Notes under the pieces: generated by a model
What the model was told of the DNA's origin: nothing
Databases searched by the model: none
What the model saw: only the letters and a program-made list of their open reading frames with translations
Part shown: piece after piece, positions 14,438 to 23,616 of the stretch
How the letters are laid out: every line of letters starts with the position of its first letter
Position numbering within the stretch: the first letter of the stretch is position 1
Source: Psammoneis japonica
Lineage: Eukaryota
DNA length: 64,000 nucleotides
Assembly (NCBI GenBank): GCA_008632985.1
Contig: QPGO01000004.1
Coordinates: forward strand, 620,001 to 684,000
Direction of reading: 5' to 3'
Position numbers and translations under genes: made by a program

Positions 14438-14713
14438 TGACAGAAATTGAAGGCAAATGGCAAGAATTCAAACAACAACTCCTTGCTGCTGTCTAAATGG
14501 CAGATGAGTCTCCGCTCAGAGACCGTTGCAGGAGCCGAAAGACGTGCAAGTCGGTGTGATCGGGCTGCTGTCATTGTTCTTGTGAGCCTTGTGGCTCGAA
14601 AGCAAACTGCATCGCACGCGAACGCGCGGAACTAAAGCACACAAAACTGTGCGCGGCAAACTAAACAGCGCGCGACATTTCGTGCGCACCTGAATCCTGT
14701 TCAAATCCTGTCA
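14438..14713 (-). repeat. 3' LTR
   Basis: TGACAG...CTGTCA termini. Direct repeat of 21269-21544 with 13 substitutions by manual alignment. Confidence 0.96.
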
Positions 14714-14724
14714 CTCCCCAGTTT
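14714..14724 (-). other. Polypurine tract
   Basis: The minus strand reads AAACTGGGGAG immediately before the 3' LTR. Confidence 0.7.
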
Positions 14725-17700
14725 GCTTGAGGAGTCACAGAAACAGATTCGACTTCGGATGAAATGAAGTTCCAGAACATGAGGGGGCAGAGAAGGTCCC
14801 AGATTTGGGAGCAACCCCAATGCTTGCTGAGGATGTCAGCAGGGTTGCGGGAGCCTTCGATGAAGTGGAACTCAAGGCAACCAGAGGCAATTGCCTCACG
14901 CACACGGTGGAACGACAGTGCGGTGTGTCGCTTGTGTAACTTGGAGTGCGGGATGGTGGCACTGTCTACAACTGACTTGTTGTCACCGAACATGCAACTG
15001 ACATTACGGATCGGGACGCCAAGGTGGCGCAGGGTGATGTGCAGGTCAATGATCTGCTCGACACAAGTCCTTGCGGCAACAAATTCAGACCCGCAGGTCG
15101 CAGTCTCCACGGTGGCTTGCTTCTCAGAGAACCAATCAGCCGGGAATTTGTTGAGGAAGTGGAGCATTCCCATGACAGAGCGTCCGGTGAGCATGCAATG
15201 GCACAAGTTTGCATCGACGTAGTGGGTGGCAGTGACGAACTTGCCAAGGGGCAGTGGAGCGTCCTTTGGGATCATCTCTTCTGCTTCGCCGTACATGGAA
15301 TGCATCCATTCACAGGCTGGAGCAGGGAGATCCGAATGGTCGGGCTCTTCCGTGCGAACGCGGAGAGCACCGTGTCGCATCTTGGAGAGGCACCCACAGA
15401 CGCGTTTGGCACGATCCAAGTGGCCTTGACGGGGTGCAGCTCGGAAGCTAGAGAGTGACATGACGGCCGTGGCAATGTCAATTCGACCAAGGGACACTGC
15501 CCATTGGAGTGAACCAACAAGAGACTGGAACTTGTGAATGCCATCGGGTCCCAGCAGTTCGGAAGTGTCCAGTTCGGGGTGGTCACCCTTCTCCAGAGGT
15601 GACAGGGCGTTGGTGGCAGGTTTCTCCCCAAACAGTCAGGCGCAGCTGTCGACCATGCGCTCGATGTACTTGCGCGGAGACAGGCACAAGGTTCCGTTGG
15701 GATCCCAGGAAAAATCGCAACCCAGATGGAACTCAATGGGTCCCGCACCCTTGAGCTTGAACTTGCACTTTTCCGTGAGAGCATCGACGAAAGATTGAGG
15801 GTCCTTCATGGCAGTGGCGAGGTCATCCACACAAACGGCAATGTGTTCACAGTGGTCGCCGTTCCTGCGCATCCAAATGTCGGGTTCGGCGCGGCAGGGG
15901 AAGAAGCCTTCAGCTCGCAGGCAGTCGGCGAAGCGCTCGTGCCAGCGGAGACCGGAGCTGCACAGTCCATGCAGGGCCTTGTGGATGACAAGGATGTGTC
16001 CTTCGAGTTTGCCAAATTTGGGTCTGGCTGCAATGTAAAGCTTCTCCTTGGTGGTGGCTTCAAGGCAGGCATTGCCAATGTTGGTGGCCCATGTCTCCAA
16101 CTCGTTGAGTTCGGCCAGGAAAATCATCAGCCGAAGGCCACGGAGGGAGACCACTCCTGAGTAGACACCATCGACAGGTGCGTCCGTGAGGTGCCCGTCG
16201 GCTACGAGTCGTGCCTTGTGGCGACCGTCGTGTTTCACATCGTGCACTGGGTGCACTCGGATCTTCTTGTGTCCCACAGGAGGAGTGGAAGACTCGAAGG
16301 GCCCGCAGTCATGGAAGACTTTGCATTCGTCGAGTTGGCCCATCTCGAGATTAGTTGCGTCTCCCCATTTGCGGTTGCCGTTGCGTTCGTCTAGTGACAT
16401 GGCGTGTTTGTAGTTCCGGGGAACTTTGCATCCGCACTTGTGGCGAGGTGCAGTGTGGAAGGAGCAAAGCTTGGCTTGGTTGGCCATGCGAAATGGCTTC
16501 TTTTGGTGCCTCGCGATGGTGCGGAACCGCTTCCAGCCATCCGTGTCGAGGAGTCCGTTCTCTCGTGCATAGATGGCGCAGGTGACGGGGTCGTCCTTGG
16601 CGATGATGGCAAGAGGCTCGGACGTGATCTCCCCACTTTCCCATTCAAGCATGATGTTGTAGCTTGAGCCTTTCCAGGTTGGGTCATGAGGCTTCAGAGG
16701 TCCTTCGTGTGACACGATGCGTCGAAATTTCCAAACAGTGGTGTCTTCGTCTTCTTGCTCAATGTGATTCATGATGTCATTGCAGGCAAGGACTTCCTCG
16801 TGTTCGTCGTTGTTGACAGAGCAGACGAACTTAGTGAGCTCGGGATTGCCGTTCACTTTCCATTCATGGTCTTCGACGGCCTTGACGATGTGAGCTCTGT
16901 GGCGTTGTCCATCCTCTTGTGGTGTCCTGATCTCCCCATCAGGAGAATCGATGGGGTTGTCGTCATGGCGAGATTTGATGATGGGTTCAGGTGGCTCCCC
17001 ATCAGGAGGATCAAGACGCAGGTTTCGAACGGCAGGATCGGTGGCAGCGGAGCGGATGTTGGATCGGTGGAGGATCTTCTGAGTCTCGTCAGAGAGAATC
17101 TTGAAGGTCATCTGGTGGCCGACGTGCTCAGCAATGCCAACGAAGCGTCCACGCAACTCATGGGATTCGGACAGCCAATCGGAGTCATCGAGGTGGAAGC
17201 ACACGGGTTCCCACCAGTGAAAGCGAAGCAATGGGCTGATGTCCGGGGTGGAGCCAGTGAGAGTCTCGAGGGGCGTGCGCCAGTGGAGACGTGGGGACGC
17301 TGTGTGGTTGAGCATGAAGCACACATGCATGAGCGCCAGCAGCCATGTGTGGGCGGGCGAACCAAAACGATCCATGACAGTGTTCGCCATGCGCTTCACG
17401 GTCTGGCATCGACGCTCGGCAAAGTTTTGGTGTTGCTGGTGAGGCTCACTTTGCCAGCTGGAGATGAAGAGGGCCCGCAGGATCCCGAGCACTTTGTTGC
17501 TGATCTCAACTTGAGCACGGTCGCCAATGAGTTTGGATGGGGCACCACGCTCACGGATCTGATCCTCGAGTGTGTTGACAAACTCTTTGTCTGTCTTGGT
17601 GCCGCAGACGTCAGTGACGGTAGACTCGGTGCCAACAAACAGTTGGGCACTGGTGCAACCAGAGTCGACGGCCAGGGTGTCGGCATGAACGGTGTCAGTG

Positions 17701-20326
17701 GCGACAGGCTCGTTGCGGCGGTGCACATTAAGGGCGGGATTGGGTGATTTGTAGGCCTTCCTAAGGTGTGCACCGGCGGGCATGCGGGCGTGCTGCGTGG
17801 TGCAGTCAAAAGTACGACGGACCGTGTCGGCAGGTGGGAAGCCAAAGTGAGGCCGAAGAGACTCGAAGGGCGGGTCCTTGGGCTGTGCATTGCGCTCCGG
17901 GGGCGGGACGTCGGCGTCCTTGGGGTCAATCGCGTGTGGGTGACACTCGTAGAACACGTCGTTGTTCGGAATGAGGTGATCATCGAGGGCGGACGCGTGA
18001 TCGGCAGACAAGGAAGCGGACATGATGGTCTCGTTGACAACGACACGATGACGGCAGTTGCTGCACTCGTCAAACAGGTTGGCAGTGGGATCGTCCTGTG
18101 GGTCAGAGATCGCGTCGTACCACTGGTCGTCATCAGTGACAGAGTGATCGAGGACGGAAGGATCCCATGTGTCATCACCGGTGAGGATGACATGGGGCAG
18201 GGTGTCCCATTCGGCGTCAGTGCAAGGTCGCATGGCAACATGAGGCAGGCCGGCCTTGATGTCAATGGGGATGACACAGCCACCAGGAGTGGCAACACGT
18301 TGCAAGCCGTTGGGCACCTTGACAGAGCGATCGTTGACATCCTGTTTGTGCCATTCGAGCTGGCCACAGGAATGGATGGTCTTGCCCTTGCCCGTGCATG
18401 CGCACTGATGGAGGATGGCGATGACGGGACCACGCTGGGTCTCAATGACGGCACCAGTGGTGACAATGGGATGTCCACCAATTGATGATCGTCAATGCCC
18501 TGAACGTCGACTTGGCAAGAGGTGCGTGCAATGATGCGAACATCGTCGCCAGCAATGCCGCCGTTGGCCCCACGATCGACTAGAGCGCCAGTGCGTGCGG
18601 AGCGATGAGCAGAGGCAGAGCAAATGACATTGTGGTTGTTGACGCGGCGGCAAGTGCGGCCGTTAAGTTCCATGTCATCGGCAGAAGCTGGCGGGGTAGA
18701 GGGAGTGGCGGATGGCCCCGGTCGACCAGCATTGGGGGCTTGGTTAGGAGACAACAGACGGTGCAGATCACCGGGTGGCAGTGGCTTGCGCTTGGTGAGG
18801 TGCGCCAGGATGGGATTGTCCGAAGTGGCACCCACATTTGGAGCGGAGTCACCAGAGTCAGCAGGAGTCGTGTTGGACAAGTTGACATCACTGACACTCC
18901 CAAGGCGTTGGTCGTGAAGGTTGGCCATAACGGACTCATGGCAGTTGCTGTTTCGCGGGTTACGGGGAGGCGGACGAGAATGCGCAAGGATGATCGCCTT
19001 GGAGGAATGGGGCAACGAATCCCAAATCCGTTGGTGGTCGGGAGGGAGACGTTTCCATTGGTCACCGGTGAGGCTGGGACCACGGGTGTGGGCAGCATTG
19101 GCTTGAAGGACGTCAATGTCACTGTCAATGTCGTAGAACACATCGTCGGACGGTTCCTCGGAGTGGACGTCGTGTGCGTGTGTGGCACGTCGGGGAGCTC
19201 GAGGTGTCGTCTTGGGTTGAAACGCACTGTCGCATTGGGCTGCCGCGGAGAGGAGCAAGCCACAGCATTGATCGCATGTGAGGCTCTTGCCACTCTGCGT
19301 GCGATGCTGATCAGCTTGGTTCTTGACAGCACGGAGTTCCTCGACAGGGTGCACGGCATTCTCGAGCATGACGCGCTTCTGTCCTTCAGAGAAGTGGTCA
19401 CTGGCCGGGATGAGTGCCTCGCACTTGCGCAACTGATCTTGCCAATGAAGGATGAACCCGTGGGTCGGACCTTCGCACTTGCGCAACTGATCTTGCCAAT
19501 GAAGGATGAACCCGTGGGTCGGACCTTTCCAAGCACCATCACCAAGATGTGCGGTGGCAAGGTGCATTGGCAGGGTGGAGGACTCGATGGATGCGCGGGT
19601 GGAGGCGAGCGCGCACTCAGACAAGGCGCGGCAGACGGTCTGTGCGTCAGAAGACCCCACATTTTCGCGGATGAGAGCCTTGCCCTTGTCGGTGAGAAGG
19701 ATGCGTTCGAAGACGGCGAACATGCACATTTGCTGTTCAGCAAAGAGCAGTTTGTCTTCGGGGCTGGTCGGTTTGTACGACGAGTCTAGAATGCACTCGA
19801 CGTCTTGGGCACGGGCTTGTGCCACAAGTGAGATGTGCCAAGTGTGCCACTGCTTGTCGGATTTGAGAGCCGTGAAAGCAGTGGGATCACGCTTGATGCC
19901 TTGCTTGAAGTCCCGCACTGGGTCACGTGCCTTGGTCGGGTTGGTGACATGCGGAGGTGCGAGGGGTGAGCTGCCAATGGACACAGAAGACATGCAGTCG
20001 GGGCTGAGGCGGCAGGCAAGGAACTCGTCATGCGCGAACAACGAGGAGTCATTGGCAACGTCAAGACCTTTGTGTGCTTTGACAATGCACAGACTAACTG
20101 GAGCTGCCAACATGTTCTTACAACCACGGGGCAAAGGGATCACATTAGCGCCGTTGTCGCACTCAAGCGAGTCGATTTGGGGCGGCATGAATGTGAACAG
20201 TTCTTGACACGAGTCCATGCCGTCTTGTGCCAAAGCCAAACGGAGAGGGCTCCCAGCACCTTGGGCAAGCACGGTTCCAACAACGTGCTCGAAACCATCG
20301 GTTTGTTGCTGACGAGTGAGAACCAT
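14714..20326 (-). pseudogene. Hypermutated gag-pol polyprotein
   Basis: Start MVLTRQQQ at 20326. Protease LVDRGANGG. Integrase ATDT..., GDRAQ and QNFAERR. RT KHDGRHKARLVA and CVDD (from YVDD). RNase H KQATVETATCGSEF and NPADILSKHW. One frameshift near 18469 and one TGA at 15636-15638. Confidence 0.93.
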
Positions 20327-21268
20327 GGCAGACAAAAGTGGTGTCAGGACAAGCAATTCTTGTTGGGAAGCGAAGGCAGGCTTGAAGCTTGGGTGAGAAT
20401 GGACTTGACTTGAAACAGACTTGACTTGAAATCTTGATCTATCTTAAAATCAGAAGTCGCCGGGCTTTGCTGTCCCGTTCGTTGTCAAGTGCTAAACTTC
20501 CTATCCAGTCCGCAGAGTTGTGCCGGCATGTCCGAACCCGCAGCTGGTGGCGCTTTGGGTTGCTTACGAGCGGAGTGGCGGGTTGTAAACCCCTGCAGGC
20601 AAGCTGACCAGAGGTGGACAAGACCCCCGAACCGTTCTTATTTTGTGTCGGTTGGATTTCCCGATCAGGCTGGCCAGTTGACGCAGGCGTCAGGCGCTGT
20701 GGACGAACGAACAAACGCAGGAAAGAAGCACCCTCGCCCCAACGCAGGCTGCAATCACGGCTGCTTGCTCTCACAGTCGTCCTCGTGGACCCAGCAGAAC
20801 TGTGGAGCACCAGCAGTCCGGGGTGGATCAGGTGCAATGGACTCGGTGTGCTTGCAGAGTGGCAGCAAAACCGCAGTCCGAAGAGTGGGCACAGGTTCTT
20901 GGCCGTGAAGACATGCACACACACACATGTCTTCAGCGACGAAGATCCTTGAATGTGCAGGGTTCTTGACCGTTGACCGATGAATGGGCATGTCAAGGGA
21001 TGAGGATCAAGGGTGGACTTGGACATGACCGTTGAATGCATGTCTTCAGCGATCAAAGGCAGCACAATCAATCCAGATGTCCAGCAGCAAGGAGACTTGA
21101 TGGTGACGTTAACTTCCTGCCGATGCCCTGGTGTTGAATGCGCGTAGACTTGCCGATGCATGTAGAACACACACGGAGGTCCACGTAGAATTGAAACAGC
21201 ATCGTTGGTAAATCAACGACGACGATGGCGGTTGCTCAATGGGTTGACAATGAGCAAGACTGTCAACC

Positions 21269-21544
21269 TGACAGAAATTGAAGGCAAATGGCAAGAATTC
21301 AAACAACAACTCCTTGCTGCTGTCTAAATGGCAGATGAGTCTCCGCTCAGAGACCGTTGCAGGAGCCGAAAGACATGCAAGTCGGCACAATCGGGCTACT
21401 GTCATCATTCTTGTGAGCCTTGTGGCTCGAAAGCAAACTGCATCGCGCGCGAACGCGCGGAACTAAAGCACACAAAACTGTGCGCGGCAAACTGAACAGC
21501 GCGCGACATTTCGCGCGCACCCAAATCCTGTTCAAATCCTGTCA
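21269..21544 (-). repeat. 5' LTR
   Basis: Matches 14438-14713 and is followed by the TSD CTCTT. Confidence 0.96.
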
Positions 21545-21549
21545 CTCTT

Positions 21550-22510
21550 GATTTGTCATCTCTGCCTGTGATGTCTGCAGTGTGGCCACACCAGCATGTG
21601 ACAAGTGCAACACACATTGAGTGTGTTTCTTTTTTGATGTGTTCCAGTCCCAGGTGATGCATGCAACGACAATTCATTTTGAGTGCAAATTGTGCTCTTC
21701 TCATCTGGTGTGAAGCATTTTCACAAAAAAACACTTGAGCACATGGGCTTTTGTGGGTGTCCAAAGCATGGGCAGTTGGGTGGGTTTTTTGTTGGCATTC
21801 AATCCTCACAGACTCAATGCCAATTGTGCAACAGTGCATTTTGCATGGTGAAGCCTTCGCAGACAGAACACCTGCTGCTGCTGCTTCAGAAACATCACAC
21901 CAAAAAATTTGTGCCAACACATGTGCAAACATTCAAGAACACATGCAAGTCTTCAACATCATTGCAAAAAGTCATGTGTTGTGTTGCAATTCTTTTGTTG
22001 CAATGAAAAACTTTGATGGCGCCACAGAAACAATGATGTTGTGTGACACTGAGGCGAGTCTTGTCAGCATTGCAAAACATTGACACTTGGACAAACTCGT
22101 GCTTTTGGTGGCAAAAGCTTGGTCGCAAGTCAGAAACCACACAAAAGTTGAGCAAATGCCACATGTGATTTGGTTCACACATGGCTGGAACACATCTTTT
22201 GTTGCTGGCGCACTCTCTTTCCTCTTCTTTGTCTCACTTCGCTCCTGGCTGGGGGGCTTTCAAGAAGGGGCGGCACACACAGGCGGTTTCTCCAGCAACG
22301 TGAAAATTTGACTAAGACTGCAGAGACACAACAGCACTTTTTGGATGGGAGAAGTTTTGAGTCCTTGTGGGGTCACCTGGGTTGCAGCAGCAGCAAGTTG
22401 TTCGTCAGCTCGGCTGACGGTGTGGCAGCAAGCAGCAAACTGAGCCACGGTGGCCAAGCCAGCCATCACTTCTGGCAATTGACACAACCAAGATCAACAA
22501 GCCAGCGCCA
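21550..22510. mobile_element. Degenerate repeat, right part of the sequence interrupted by the copia
   Basis: TpA almost absent and CpG-poor. It joins the left flank at the TSD. No recognisable gene. Confidence 0.45.
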
Positions 22511-22841
22511 TCTACTCTAGCTAGAACAAGCAACAAGCACAAGGCAAGCAGCGCAAACGACAAGCGCAAACAGCAAAGTTCAAGACTGGAGGTCGACGAA
22601 CACCAGCCCAAGAGCCAAAGGTAGGAAACTGATGGCACAGAGCTTCGAAGAAGAGCCCGCAGAAACCTCCAGCTGACACGCGTAAAAATCTACGAACGGA
22701 CAGTATGCTTACGTCATGATTTTTCAACTGCATCCATCCGATGCCGACGAGCGACGAAGATCGACGACGCGACACAAATAATTTGACTCTAACAGAGGCC
22801 AACGTAAGCTCTCTTTTTATTGACTGAATACATCGCTGATC

Positions 22842-23492
22842 ATGGCCGTAAGTTGTCTTTTTGCCGAATATGTGCCCTTGCAATCAGTATGAGAATTTTG
22901 AGCTCTTTTTCTTTTTTGAACGAGCAAGGATAACGATGAGGCGTTTCCACTACTATTTCTACGTACTTCTGTACTGTTTCATCGGCATGTGTCTGTGTCG
23001 CTTTGAATCTCAACTTTTTGTTGCTCTTATCGCTTGATTTTCCAGCGTTCTCGTCGTGGAGGAGGAGGTGGAAGTCTCTTTGGTAGCCGTAAGAAGCCGG
23101 CTAGTTCGTCAACTCCGGCCCGCCGTCCACAAGCACCCCCGCCGGCTCAACCTCAGCAGTCAGGTGGAGGTATGATGAGTGGGATCGGAAGCACGATCGC
23201 CCAGGGAATGGCATTTGGAACTGGTAGTGCGATTGCTCATCGTGCCGTTGGTGCGGCAGCTGGCGCCATGTCTGGAGGTGGAGAAGGACAGGTCGAGACG
23301 CAGCAACCCTACGACACCATGGGCGGTATGCCCCAGCAGGACAACACGCAGCTCCAGGGTGCATGTGCACAGGACAAGCAGATGTTTTTCGAGTGCCTTC
23401 AGGTGAACAAGGGCGATCAACAGGCTTGTTCCTTCCTTTACGAGACTCTGCAGGCCTGTCAGCGTAACGAGAACCAGATGTCGTTCAGCTAG
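22842..23492 (+). CDS. CHCHD2/CHCHD10 (Mix17)-like mitochondrial twin-CX9C protein
   Basis: STIAQGMAFGTGSAIAHRAV signature and C-terminal CX9C pair. Inferred 6-bp first coding exon ATGGCC, then intron 22848-23045. Confidence 0.9.
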
Positions 23493-23616
23493 AATGGGCG
23501 CTTTATCGCGTAAATCTGCGTTGGGTTACCGTATGACTCTAGTTGTAAAGGTTTCAGGTTATTAGAATGAGATGGTTAACTTACTGGTGATATTCACCAC
23601 CATACTGCATGATCAA

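Larger units (their letters stand above)
14438..21544 (-). mobile_element. Full-length Ty1/copia LTR retrotransposon (CoDi-like)
   Basis: 276-bp LTRs at both ends, TSD CTCTT (14433-14437 and 21545-21549) and a PPT. Domain order is gag-protease-integrase-RT-RNase H. Confidence 0.97.

Noticed and set aside
14661..20356. Alternative genetic code or codon reassignment explaining Cys/His at Tyr positions
   Set aside because: Flanking host genes use the standard code with normal Tyr. The changes also hit non-coding LTRs and TA sites spanning codon borders.
14438..21544. Classical fungal RIP or plain CpG deamination as the sole explanation
   Set aside because: RIP would enrich TpA and add stop codons. 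Here TpA is lost while CpG remains abundant in the young element.
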